Notes: generated by a model from the letters alone, not told the origin. A stretch of 64,000 nucleotides of DNA from Betaproteobacteria bacterium SG8_41 (GCA_001303585.1 LJTT01000007.1:7195-71194), one strand, 5' to 3'; shown: positions 21,631-31,072, numbered from the stretch's first letter. Numbers and translations are program-made.

Positions 21631-22749
21631 TTAATCGGGAGATCCCGCGGCCACCCTCGGGGAGCTTTCGATTGCGTCGTTCAATGCGGGCATGACCTTC
21701 TCGGCCATGAGTTCCATCGAACGCCGCGCCAGGCGCGCATCCGCCCAGTCATGGCCGGCGTAAAGGAGCGTTCCGAAATCGCCCACCGTTTCGCGAAACG
21801 CGAGCAACTCGTCGATAACGCGGTTAACGCCGCCGCAAATGACCAGGGAGTCCAGAAGGTAATCCACGGTCACCTCTCCATCGGGCATTTCGACGCGTCG
21901 CTTGAAGATGTCGACATTGCCGTGGCGGCGCCTCTTCGCCAGCAGGTTCCAGTAATAAAAACCGTAAGGTCCGTCGCGGCTCATGGCATAACGGCGCGCC
22001 ACCGCGTCGTCATCGGCAACGAAAATGCTCTTGCACACCCGCCAGTCAGAGCGCTCGGCCGGGAGCCCGCCCGCCTGGCAGCCCTTCTCGTACATCGGCC
22101 AGTGGGTTGCCGCCCACGCCGGCTGCAGGAAATTGGCCGAGATCGGCTTCCACCCGCGCGCGGCCGCCGCCGCGAGCCCTTTCGAATGCGGCACCACGGC
22201 CGTTACCACGATGGGCGGATGCGGTTTCTGGTAAGGCGTGAGCATTACGCCCTGCCCGGCCTCCGCCAGCAAGGTCCGCTCCGTGGAAAGTCGCCAGAAC
22301 CGCCCCTCCAGCCTGTAGGGAGGCGTCCCCGACCACAACGCAAGGATGTGGTCGATCGCCTCGACAAACATGGCGTTTCGGTCCTGATCGAGATTGCCGA
22401 ACATCTCCATGTCCGAGCGCAGCCCGCCGGGCCCGATCCCGAACAGGAAGCGGCCTTCGAGAAGGTGATCGACCATCGCAACATGCGCCGCCACCTGTGC
22501 CGGATGACTGTTCGGAAGATTGACGGTGCCGCTTCCGAGCCTGATGCTCTTCGTCTGGTGCGCAACGCTCGCGATAAAAGTGAGGCAGGATGGAATCGAC
22601 TCGCAAACATCCGTGACATGCTCGCCGATCAGGGCCTCGCTGTACCCGAGCCTGTCGGCCAGCAGCACCGCCTCGCGATCCTCCTTGAGCGTCTGCGTGT
22701 AATTGCGCCCCGGCGGATGCATGGGCATGGTGAAGAACCCGAGTTTCAT
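21631..22749 (-). CDS. LLM class (bacterial luciferase-like) flavin-dependent monooxygenase
   Basis: MKLGFFTMP, ADRLGYSEALIGEH, IRLGSG, LLEGRFLFGIGPG, PYQKPHPPI. Confidence 0.88.
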   Translation of the reverse strand: MKLGFFTMPMHPPGRNYTQTLKEDREAVLLADRLGYSEALIGEHVTDVCESIPSCLTFIASVAHQTKSIRLGSGTVNLPNSHPAQVAAHVAMVDHLLEGRFLFGIGPGGLRSDMEMFGNLDQDRNAMFVEAIDHILALWSGTPPYRLEGRFWRLSTERTLLAEAGQGVMLTPYQKPHPPIVVTAVVPHSKGLAAAAARGWKPISANFLQPAWAATHWPMYEKGCQAGGLPAERSDWRVCKSIFVADDDAVARRYAMSRDGPYGFYYWNLLAKRRRHGNVDIFKRRVEMPDGEVTVDYLLDSLVICGGVNRVIDELLAFRETVGDFGTLLYAGHDWADARLARRSMELMAEKVMPALNDAIESSPRVAAGSPD

Positions 22750-22826
22750 ATTGCGCATCCGCACACCGAGCGGCGATTGAGCCGTGATTGGAAGCGTGCA
22801 ACCGGAGTCCGATGAGACGCCACCGG

Positions 22827-23867
22827 TCAGCGCTCTACCGGCAGCTTGCGATCGTTCCAGTCGACCATTCCGTCCCTCAGGTTATAGACCCGCTCAAAAC
22901 CCAGGCCGTAGAGAATGGCAGCCGCCGTCGTGCTGCGAACGCCGGAGCGGCAGACGGCGACAATGCGCCGCCCGCGGTGGGGCTCGAGCTCTCCGGCGCG
23001 GGCTGCCAGTTCGCGCAAGGGGATGAGCACGCTTCCGGCAATGTGCCCCAGCTCGCCGCGATACTCGTTTGGTTCACGCACATCGATCAGCAGGGGTGCG
23101 TCGGCTTCCCCGCACATGGCGCGCACTTCCTGCGCAGAGAGCTGGCGCACGCGATTGAGCTCGGCCAGGTCCGGAAACTTGGTCCTGTCGTCCTCAATGG
23201 CACTCTGATTCGGCTGCAGGACTTCCTGGATGTTTTCGGGCATCGGGAAGTTGATGCTTGCCATCAGGTCTATGTACTGCTGGCGCGTCCGCCCGGCGAT
23301 CCGCGGATTGGTGCGCTTCTCCTGCCCGATGGTCGAGCTGATGTTGCCCCGATAGTCGTGCGCCGGAAAGACGAGTGTCTCGTCCGGCAGCGCGAACAGT
23401 TTGTCCGTGATTGCGTCGTATTGCTGTCCGGCATCGCCGCCGGCAAAATCCGCCCGTCCCGTGCCCTGGATCAGAAGGACGTCGCCGGTAAACACACGGT
23501 CTTCGACATGGAGGCTGATGCTGTCGGGCGTGTGTCCCGGCGTATGGAGCACCCGGATCCGGGCGTCGCCTACCGCGATGTCGTCGCCATCCTCGACGTG
23601 CTGCGATACGGCGGGTGCCGGCGCCCGCCGGTGCATAATGAGACGCGCGTCCACGAGATCGCACAACTGGAACCCGGCCGTGGGATGGTCCGCGTGGGTA
23701 TGAGTGTCGACGACCGCATCCAGAGTGAGCTGGTGGTACGCGAGCAATGCAATATAACGACTGATGTTCTCGCGCAGAGGGTCGATCAGCAGCGCCCGCT
23801 TCGTCCTCGGGCAGGCTACCAGATAGGTCTTACACTTCCCGCGATTGAGCTCGCGAAACAGCAACAT
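22827..23867 (-). CDS. MBL-fold persulfide dioxygenase (ETHE1-like) fused to a C-terminal rhodanese
   Basis: DTHTHADH, HTPGHT, FTGD, GRADF, PAHDY, STIGQEKRTNPR; rhodanese DVREPNEY and CRSGVRS. Confidence 0.85.
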   Translation of the reverse strand: MLLFRELNRGKCKTYLVACPRTKRALLIDPLRENISRYIALLAYHQLTLDAVVDTHTHADHPTAGFQLCDLVDARLIMHRRAPAPAVSQHVEDGDDIAVGDARIRVLHTPGHTPDSISLHVEDRVFTGDVLLIQGTGRADFAGGDAGQQYDAITDKLFALPDETLVFPAHDYRGNISSTIGQEKRTNPRIAGRTRQQYIDLMASINFPMPENIQEVLQPNQSAIEDDRTKFPDLAELNRVRQLSAQEVRAMCGEADAPLLIDVREPNEYRGELGHIAGSVLIPLRELAARAGELEPHRGRRIVAVCRSGVRSTTAAAILYGLGFERVYNLRDGMVDWNDRKLPVER

Positions 23868-23973
23868 GACGGCCTGGAATACGCCCAGCCTCAGCTTCCG
23901 CACACCCATTCTGCACGAAAAAAACGCCAGCGGGCACCGGACGTGCCCGCTGGCGTGTATCAAGCAAGAGCCG

Positions 23974-25209
23974 CTAGGCTGCGGCGCGCTGGCTGAGAAC
24001 TTCCTTCGCGATATTGCGAAACTCGTCTTCGGTGAGCAGCCGCTTGTTCTTCAGCGAGAAGCCCTTGACGTTGGCGGTCATCTTGAGGGCCTCTTCCTCG
24101 CTCGCTTCAATGCCGAGCTGCGCGAGCCAGGCCTTGACCGAATCGATGCCGCTGCCCTTGCCCATCACGATCGTAGCGGGCGGTTGCCCGACGAACTCGG
24201 CACGCACCGGGAACAGCTCGGTCGCGTTTTCCTCGCCGCAGTTCTTGTACCAGCTTGCGATGATCCCGGACTCGATCTGGTAGAGCTGCTTGCCCACGAC
24301 CGGCTTGTTGGAGGGGACCACCACGCCGGTCAGCTTCTGCACCAGGTTGGCGAGCGAAGTCAGCTTGCTGTAATTGATCCCGCAGTCAATGCCGTACATC
24401 GTGAGCAGACCCATGACCGTCTCTTCCATGGGGGTGTTGCCGGCGCGCTCGCCGACGCCCAGGACGGTCGTGTGCAGCACTTCGACCCCCTCCGCAGCGG
24501 CCATGATCGTGTTCGCGACGCCCATGCCGAAATCCTGGTGGAAGTGCGCTTCGAGGCGCTTGTTGATGCGTTTCTTGACCTCGCGGACGAAGTACTGCAT
24601 CGCATGGGGCGACACAACACCGAAAGTATCGACCAGGGCCAGTGCATCCATATGACCCTCGGTCGCGACCCGATTGATCAGGTTCAAAACCCAGTTCATC
24701 TCCGAGCGCGAAAAATCGATGGGGAAAAATACGACTTCCAGCTTGTTTTTCTTGGCAAACAAGGTCGCTTCGATCGACGTCTCGATCGCTTTTTCCATCG
24801 GCCACTTGTAGGCGAGATCAACCATGTGCTGGCTCGACGGAATCTCCATCACCACGCCGTTTACGCCAGTGTCAATCGCGCGCTGGACGTCTTCTTTCAT
24901 GCAGCGCGAGAACGCGAAGATCTGCGGGCCGAGATTGCGTTTCGCGATCTCCTTGATGGCCTCGGCGTCGGAGGGGGACACGATCGGCATCCCGGCCTCG
25001 ATGCGGTGTACGCCGGCTTCCGCCAGTCCCTCGGCAATTCGGATCTTGTCGTCCTTGGAAAGGATGACCCCGGTTTGCTGTTCCCCGTCGCGCAGGGTGA
25101 TATCGTGGATCTTGATTTGCTTCGGGAACTTGAGGTCCTTGCGCACCTCATCCGCGAAATTCCACTGGCTCACGAACCAGTTTTTCGTTTTCCAGGGTTC
25201 TTTTGCCAT
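23974..25209 (-). CDS. DRE-TIM acetyl-CoA condensing enzyme (LeuA/homocitrate/citramalate synthase family) without the LeuA regulatory domain
   Basis: DITLRDGEQ, HFHQDFG (HxH), GVGERAGN; 411 aa. Confidence 0.8.
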   Translation of the reverse strand: MAKEPWKTKNWFVSQWNFADEVRKDLKFPKQIKIHDITLRDGEQQTGVILSKDDKIRIAEGLAEAGVHRIEAGMPIVSPSDAEAIKEIAKRNLGPQIFAFSRCMKEDVQRAIDTGVNGVVMEIPSSQHMVDLAYKWPMEKAIETSIEATLFAKKNKLEVVFFPIDFSRSEMNWVLNLINRVATEGHMDALALVDTFGVVSPHAMQYFVREVKKRINKRLEAHFHQDFGMGVANTIMAAAEGVEVLHTTVLGVGERAGNTPMEETVMGLLTMYGIDCGINYSKLTSLANLVQKLTGVVVPSNKPVVGKQLYQIESGIIASWYKNCGEENATELFPVRAEFVGQPPATIVMGKGSGIDSVKAWLAQLGIEASEEEALKMTANVKGFSLKNKRLLTEDEFRNIAKEVLSQRAAA

Positions 25210-25450
25210 GCTAGATCTCCTTCATTGTTAAGCGATGTCGAATGCGTCTTGCGCTGACCGCGCGGTCCCGAGTTCGTGGGTAAACCAAGGCCCTCCTGGC
25301 GCGACGAGACTGCTTCGTCGGTAAAAGTCGTCCGCCGCGCGATAAACCCGAGCGTTGCCCAAAACCAGGCCGGGCAAAGGCTCGTGCGAGCTGACCGGCC
25401 AATTTTACAACATTAGGCGATGCCGGGCAGACACCACGAATCATGATTTA

Positions 25451-25464
25451 TTGAGATAGATCAA
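25451..25464. promoter_or_regulatory. FNR/CRP-family box TTGAG-ATAG-ATCAA
   Basis: 9/10 match to TTGAT-N4-ATCAA. A minus-strand TAAAAT at 25407-25402 would place it near -62 (class I) for the synthase gene. Confidence 0.5.
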
Positions 25465-25538
25465 ACAGTCCCGGGCGCCGCCCCCGGCCACGGATCCTCG
25501 AAATTGGCCCCTACCCGTCGTGTGGCCTTTGTCGCAGC

Positions 25539-26426
25539 TCACCGACGGCGCACCGACCGACCGCGCGCCTTGAGATACCAATCAAGGATTTGCGCGCCGT
25601 TCCAAAACAGGACTCCTTTCTGCTTCGCAAGGCGCCGGAAAACCGATTCGACGTACCCGAAGCGGTGGGGCACCCCGGAAATATAGGGATGCATCGCAAT
25701 CGCCATGACCTTGGCCCGATCCTTGCCCTCCCGGTAGAGACAATCGAAGTGGTCCAGGCAGCGCGCCTCGAACTCCTTTGCGCGATGGTGCTGAACGACC
25801 ATCATCGCGATATCGTTGAGTTCCAGTGTGTACGGCATGGTCACGAGCTCGCCGCGCCCGGTGCGGATCGTGCAGGGCTCGTCGTCGATGACCCAATCCG
25901 CGATATACCGGATGCCGGCGGCCGCGAGGTGCTCGGGCGTGTCGAGTTTTTCCGTCAGGCCGGGCCCCATCCAGCCAACCGGGCCTTTCCCGGTGAATTC
26001 GCGGATCACGTTCACCGAGCGGCGGATCATCTCCGCCGGGTTCGGCTCCGTATGGAGGGGACGCTGGTCATAGGAGTGCCCCATGAATTCCCAGCCTGCG
26101 TCGCGCGCCGCTTTCGCGATCGGGCGATAATCGAGACAAACCCGCGCGTTGACCGATAACGACGGAACGATCTTGAGCTCGTCCAATAACGCCTTCAGGC
26201 GCCAGAACCCGACGCGATTGCCGTATTCGTGCCAGCCCCAGTGCGGCACATCGGGCGATTGTGTGATGCCCGTGGGCGGTGGCAGGACCTGTCTCGGCAT
26301 GGGCCGGGCAATGTCCCAGACTTCGACGTTGACGACGGGCCAGACCACGACGCGCGCGCCGTCAGGGAGCTTGAGCGGTGGACGGTCAACGATGGCGGAG
26401 TATTTCAGGCGCTTTGCGGGAATCAC
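25539..26426 (-). CDS. Polysaccharide deacetylase (CE4) family, PuuE/allantoinase-like
   Basis: VVNVEVW, WHEYGNRVGFWR, WEFMGHS, GWMGPG, PYTLELND, HPYISG. Confidence 0.82.
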   Translation of the reverse strand: MIPAKRLKYSAIVDRPPLKLPDGARVVVWPVVNVEVWDIARPMPRQVLPPPTGITQSPDVPHWGWHEYGNRVGFWRLKALLDELKIVPSLSVNARVCLDYRPIAKAARDAGWEFMGHSYDQRPLHTEPNPAEMIRRSVNVIREFTGKGPVGWMGPGLTEKLDTPEHLAAAGIRYIADWVIDDEPCTIRTGRGELVTMPYTLELNDIAMMVVQHHRAKEFEARCLDHFDCLYREGKDRAKVMAIAMHPYISGVPHRFGYVESVFRRLAKQKGVLFWNGAQILDWYLKARGRSVRRR

Positions 26427-26465
26427 GGCGGGGTAATCCTTATCGAAATGAATGCGAAAGAAATT

Positions 26466-26495
26466 TTAGCCCCAGATGAACGCAGAAGTTACAGA
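26466..26495. repeat. Decamer-family single arm
   Basis: TTAGCCCCAGATGAACGCAGAAGTTACAGA with an A-rich outer flank. Confidence 0.55.
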
Positions 26496-26733
26496 CAGCA
26501 AGACCCTTCATCGGGCGCCGATGCAAAACGATATACCTCAATGCGAAATCGCCACGGCGTCAGGAGCACCGAAAGCCGTTTCACGATTCCCGCCAGTCAG
26601 ACAGCGGCCGACAAGAAATCACTTCATTCGTGCAGGCGTTGCGCATCGATTATATAACGCCCTTCGCTCATGGCTCGGGAGCCATGAATGGTTCTGTTAT
26701 ATTTGCCTTCAAGCGCACCCCGGAGAAAACATC

Positions 26734-27609
26734 TTGGAAGAACCCTGCCTGCCGCCAGTTCCCGAGCCCAAACGCCCCGATCTCCCCTGCCCGCGGGGCG
26801 CATGTGACGCGCACTTCCACATTTTCGGACCCGTCAGCCGTTTTCCCTACGCCGAAAGCCGCGCTTACACGCCGCCGGAAGCGCCGCTCGAATCACTGCT
26901 GAGGATGCATGCGCGTCTGGGCATCGAGCGCGGCGTGGTTGTTCAGGGAAACGCCCATGGCACCAATAACTCAGCGATTCTCGATGCGGTTCGCCGTGAG
27001 CCGCATCGGCTGCGCGCCGTCGCCATTATTGGCACGGATACCGGTCCTGAACAGTTGAAAACTCTCGCGCGTTCAGGGGTGCGCGCGTTGAGGTTCCACC
27101 ACGCACCGCGGCAGGCGGGCACTTACAGCAGCCTCGGCTTCACCGCGTTCGAAAAGCTTGCCCCGCATATGGCCGAGCTCGGTCTGCACGTGCAGTTCTT
27201 CATGGATGCGCGCGAGCTGCCGGCGCTGTTGCCCCGCCTGCGCGATTGGCGGCTTCCGGTCGTTCTCGACCACTTCGGCTCGACGAAGGGGAAGGAAGGA
27301 ACGACGGCGCCCGGGTTTCAACTTCTCAGGCAGCATCTCGCGAACGGGACGATCTGGGTCAAGATTTCCGGCGCCTATCGCGCGTCCGAAAAGTATCCGG
27401 ATTACCCCGACGCGCGCGCCCTGCACGATTCGCTGATTACGGCGAATCCCGACCAGTTGCTATGGGGTACGGACTGGCCCCACCCGCGCTTGGCCAGGGA
27501 CATGCCCGACGACGGCCACCTGCTCGATCTGTTCAACGAGTGGACGCCGGATGCCGCCGTGCGCAGGAAGATCCTCGTGGACAATCCTGCACGCCTTTAC
27601 GGCTTCTAG
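26734..27609 (+). CDS. Amidohydrolase_2 family, LigI (2-pyrone-4,6-dicarboxylate lactonase)-like
   Basis: GACDAHFHIFGP, VVLDHFG, WVKISGAYR, LWGTDWPHP, ILVDNPARLYGF. TTG 26734 with GGAG RBS. Confidence 0.85.
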   Translation: MEEPCLPPVPEPKRPDLPCPRGACDAHFHIFGPVSRFPYAESRAYTPPEAPLESLLRMHARLGIERGVVVQGNAHGTNNSAILDAVRREPHRLRAVAIIGTDTGPEQLKTLARSGVRALRFHHAPRQAGTYSSLGFTAFEKLAPHMAELGLHVQFFMDARELPALLPRLRDWRLPVVLDHFGSTKGKEGTTAPGFQLLRQHLANGTIWVKISGAYRASEKYPDYPDARALHDSLITANPDQLLWGTDWPHPRLARDMPDDGHLLDLFNEWTPDAAVRRKILVDNPARLYGF

Positions 27610-27636
27610 CCAAGGACTCGGCAATCGCACGTGACA

Positions 27637-28005
27637 ATGGAGCGAATCTTCTTCACGATCGGCAGCCTCTCGGGGTTCCTGGGAGTGGGCTTGGGCGCGT
27701 TTGGAGCGCATGCACTCCGCAGTCGCTTGGATGCCGATCTCTTGGCCATCTTCGAGGTCGGGGTGCGCTACCAGATGTATCATGCGTTCGCGCTGCTTGC
27801 GGTCGCGTGGGCCTGCACGCGTTGGCCCGGAGCAATCCTGACCGCAAGCGGGTGGCTTTTCGTCGCCGGAACGGTGCTGTTTTCGGGAACCCTCTATGCG
27901 TTGAGCTTGAGCGGGGCGCGATGGCTCGGGGCGATCACGCCCTTCGGGGGGCTCGCATTGCTGGCCGGTTGGCTGTGCCTGGCGTGGGCAGCCTGGAGAG
28001 GATGA
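27637..28005 (+). CDS. DUF423 (YgdD/TMEM256) membrane protein
   Basis: LGAFGAHAL, VRYQMYHA, LFSGTLY, GAITPFGG. Confidence 0.9.
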   Translation: MERIFFTIGSLSGFLGVGLGAFGAHALRSRLDADLLAIFEVGVRYQMYHAFALLAVAWACTRWPGAILTASGWLFVAGTVLFSGTLYALSLSGARWLGAITPFGGLALLAGWLCLAWAAWRG

Positions 28006-28237
28006 AGGCAATATCGAGTCCCGATGTCGGACCGGGCCTCCGCTGCTGAGATACAGCTGTCGTCTGCCATCGCAGCCTCGTCACCAAGCACGGTGACGCA
28101 ATAGGTTTTCGAAACATCCCTTAAATCTCTTCGCCCGTCCTTGCGCGGCAACTTCCCGCCTTGAAGGATGCCTCTGTCGCGCGCACAATACCGGTTGGCT
28201 CACCCCTTCAATTCAGCAGTCATCCCCTTGCCAAGCC

Positions 28238-28519
28238 ATGGAAACTGAAGTCCGGGATATCAACGGCGCAGCAGTTCGCGTGGGCACTCGAGTACGCGTG
28301 CTGCGGATTAGCGACTCGGTTCTTTCGCAATTGCCGGAATCAGAAGCAGAAGCAGCCCGCGCAATGGAAGGCGAAGTCCTCGAGGTGTACGAAATCGACG
28401 ACTGGGGCGGCGCATGGGTGGAAAAAACCCTGCGGGCGCGCGACGGAACGAGCGTTTCCCACTCGCTGGGGCTGGGGCCCACGCAGATGGAAGTTGTGCC
28501 CGCCTCTAAAGCGGGCTAA
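28238..28519 (+). CDS. Small hypothetical protein (93 aa), possible relic integron cassette gene
   Basis: Plausible globular beta-rich sequence; its stop codon lies inside an attC-like R'' box. Confidence 0.55.
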   Translation: METEVRDINGAAVRVGTRVRVLRISDSVLSQLPESEAEAARAMEGEVLEVYEIDDWGGAWVEKTLRARDGTSVSHSLGLGPTQMEVVPASKAG

Positions 28520-28572
28520 CCACCCGCTCCGCACCGACGCCTACGAGCGCCCCGCTCCGTTACGCGCGCGGT
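28514..28572 (+). mobile_element. Truncated attC-like site
   Basis: GGCTAAC, then ACCG-A-CGC...GAGCG-CCC-CGCTC...GCG-CGGT hairpin with a bulged base. The terminal GTTRRRY is absent. Confidence 0.4.
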
Positions 28573-28708
28573 CGATCGAGACGCGCCAAAGTAAAAACGC
28601 GGCTTGACCGAGCGACAGACCGGCGGCAGAGGCCTGACGGTCAGCCCGGTAGACTGGCGCGAGGTCTTGGCGCCATTGGCGCCTTCGCTTTTCAATCCCC
28701 ATCGCGTT

Positions 28709-28732
28709 TCTCTCCACGCCTCTGCGGTTCAA
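28709..28732. repeat. 8-bp-period repeat family single arm
   Basis: TCTCTCCACGCCTCTGCGGTTCAA; related copies at 29444-29466, 29538-29558 and 29572-29592. Confidence 0.6.
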
Positions 28733-28783
28733 TTATCGGTCTTGCCTCTCTTGGTTTCGCGCCGGTTGACTTTCCGGCGCGGG

Positions 28784-29398
28784 TCACCGCTCCACGAACA
28801 GCCACGGCGTTTCCCGTCGATACGCCTCCTCGAACATTTCGAAGCGCTCGGCGTACTGCCGGGTGCGCGAAATGTCGTCGAGACCCTCGAGCAGGCACTG
28901 CTTGCGCACCGGGTGAATCTCGAACCGATAGACCTTGCCAGCAGGATCTGTAACGGTCTGAGCGGCAAGGTCCACCGTTACCGTCGCGCCGGGCTGCGCG
29001 TGGAGTTGCCGCCGGATCGCGACGACATCCTCCTGGGCAAGCACAACCGGCAGGAGCCCGTTCTTGCAGCAGTTACTGGCGTGTATGTCGCCGAAGCTCG
29101 AGGCGATGACGCTGCGGATGCCGAACTCATAGAGTGCGTAGACCGCGCTCTCGCGCGATGACCCGCAGCCCCAGTTGCGGTCAGCCACGACGATCTGCGC
29201 GTGGCGGTAGGGCTCGCGGTTCAGTATGAAGTCCTTGTCCCTGCCGTCGGCCTCGAACCGGCGGTCGTGGAACAGGATCTCCGCATGCCGCGGCCCTCGC
29301 GGCACCTTGTTGAAGCGCGTCGGGCAGAGCTGATTGGTGTCGACGTTCGGCTCGTCGATCGGCACCGCGATTCCGGTGAGCTTGGTAAACGGCTGCAC
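28784..29398 (-). CDS. LeuD-type small subunit of an isopropylmalate-dehydratase-family hydro-lyase (divergent)
   Basis: NVDTNQLCPTRF, NWGCGSSRESA, SFGDI, NGLLPV, LLEGLDDI. Confidence 0.85.
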   Translation of the reverse strand: MQPFTKLTGIAVPIDEPNVDTNQLCPTRFNKVPRGPRHAEILFHDRRFEADGRDKDFILNREPYRHAQIVVADRNWGCGSSRESAVYALYEFGIRSVIASSFGDIHASNCCKNGLLPVVLAQEDVVAIRRQLHAQPGATVTVDLAAQTVTDPAGKVYRFEIHPVRKQCLLEGLDDISRTRQYAERFEMFEEAYRRETPWLFVER

Positions 29399-29411
29399 GT
29401 CAACCCCCTCA

Positions 29412-29638
29412 AGCCGCCGATGAACGCCGACAAGAACAATAACTGAACCGAGGAGATACGGAGAGATTCAAAAAAAAGTCCTATTAGCTAGAAAGCTGTT
29501 GACAGACCTCGATAACCGCAAACGAATTGTGAAAAAACCTCGGCAACTCAGCGGTTCAATTCAGTGTTGCTTCTCTCCGTGCCTCCGTGGCTTAGTTGTT
29601 GATTTTATCTGCGTGTATCTGCGTTTATCTGCGGCTAG
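29412..29638. repeat. Nested repeat stack between the LeuC-like and LeuD-like genes
   Basis: Outer decamer arms AGCCGCCGATGAACGCCGA / ATCTGCGTGTATCTGCGTTTATCTGCGGCTAG (contains the leuC TAG). Inner TGAACCG...CGGTTCA pair plus an extra arm. Confidence 0.8.
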
Positions 29639-31038
29639 ATGAAAAACTCGCGGACATCGGCGAGCCGCCCGGTTAGCGCAGCAGCAGCGGCCATCGCGGG
29701 GCTCACCAAGTGAGTCCGCCCGCCCGTTCCCTGCCGTCCGCGGAAGTTTCGGTTGGAGGTCGATGCGCAGCGCTCCCCCGGCTGGAGCTGGTCGCCGTTG
29801 ATCGCCGTGCACAGCGAGCAACCCGGCGAGCGCCATTCGAATCCGGCCCCGGTAAACACCCGGTCAAGTCCTTCAGCCTCCGCCTGCTTCTTCACGCTCA
29901 TCGACCCAGGCACGATCCATGAGGGCACTCTTGCCCGCCCGTGGCGGGCAACCTGGGCCGCAGCGCGCAAATCCTCGATGCGGCTGTTGGTGCATGAGCC
30001 GATGAACACGCGGTCCACGGCGATATCTGCCAGTGCCATGCCCGGCTTCAACGCCATGTAGTCGAGCGCGGCGGCAATCTCGGTGCGCTTTGCTTCATCC
30101 GAGACTTGCGCCGGGTCGGGCACCCGTCCCGTGACGGGCGCGGCATGCTCGGGGCTCGTGCCCCAGGTCACCATGGGCGCGAGAGCGCCGGCGTCGAGGC
30201 TCTCTTCCCGGTCGAACACGGCGCCCCGCTCGCTTGGCAGCGTTTTCCAGAAATCGAGCGCGCGCTCCCACGCCGCCCCTTTCGGGGCGTAAGGACGCCC
30301 CTCCATGTACGCGAAGGTCGTTTCATCAGGCGCCACCATCCCGGCGCGTCCACCCCATTCGATCGACATATTGCATATCGTCATGCGCCCTTCCATGTCG
30401 AGCCCGCGTATGGTCGAGCCGGCGTACTCGACAAGATGTCCGGTGGCTCCGCCCGCCCCGGCCTGCGCGATCAGCGCAAGGATCACGTCCTTCGCATAGA
30501 CGCCCTTGCCCGGAGAACCGTCGATCGTCACCCGCAGCGTCTTCGGCCGCCGCTGCCACAGTGTCTGGGTGGCCATCACGTGCGCCATCTCGGATGCGCC
30601 AATGCCGAAGGCGATGCTGCCGAATGCCCCATGGGTCGAGGTATGCGAATCCGCGCCCACCATCAGCAGACCCGGCTGCGTAATGCCCTGCTCCGGCGGC
30701 ACGATATGAAGAATCCCCTGGCGCGGATCGTCGATTCCGAACAACGTGATGCCGTAACGCTTCGTGTTCTTTTCGAGGTTGACGACCATGTTGCGGATCT
30801 CGGGATTCGCGATGCCAGCGACGCCCTTCTCGCGGCCGTGCGTTGGCACGTAATGATCGTTGAAGGCGAACACCTGCTCGGGCCGGCGCACGCCGTGCTG
30901 CCCGGCATCGAGCATCCGGAACGCATGCGACGAGCCTTCATGGAACAGCGCGCGGTCGACGTAGAGCAGCAGCTCGCCTTCCTCTTCGGCGATCACATGC
31001 CGCTCCCAAATTTTCTCGAACATCGTCCGGGTACTCAT
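29635..31038 (-). CDS. LeuC-type large subunit ([4Fe-4S] hydro-lyase, divergent)
   Basis: GADSHTSTHGAFG, ICNMSIE, FIGSCTNSR, GCSLC, STSNRNF; HEGSS in place of HEVTS. Confidence 0.88.
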   Translation of the reverse strand: MSTRTMFEKIWERHVIAEEEGELLLYVDRALFHEGSSHAFRMLDAGQHGVRRPEQVFAFNDHYVPTHGREKGVAGIANPEIRNMVVNLEKNTKRYGITLFGIDDPRQGILHIVPPEQGITQPGLLMVGADSHTSTHGAFGSIAFGIGASEMAHVMATQTLWQRRPKTLRVTIDGSPGKGVYAKDVILALIAQAGAGGATGHLVEYAGSTIRGLDMEGRMTICNMSIEWGGRAGMVAPDETTFAYMEGRPYAPKGAAWERALDFWKTLPSERGAVFDREESLDAGALAPMVTWGTSPEHAAPVTGRVPDPAQVSDEAKRTEIAAALDYMALKPGMALADIAVDRVFIGSCTNSRIEDLRAAAQVARHGRARVPSWIVPGSMSVKKQAEAEGLDRVFTGAGFEWRSPGCSLCTAINGDQLQPGERCASTSNRNFRGRQGTGGRTHLVSPAMAAAAALTGRLADVREFFI

Positions 31039-31072
31039 GTCCGGTGCCCCGCGCCCTCGGCAGCCTCGCCCT

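Noticed and set aside
28690-28700. TTTCAATCCCC resembling a CRISPR repeat start
   Set aside because: Single copy.
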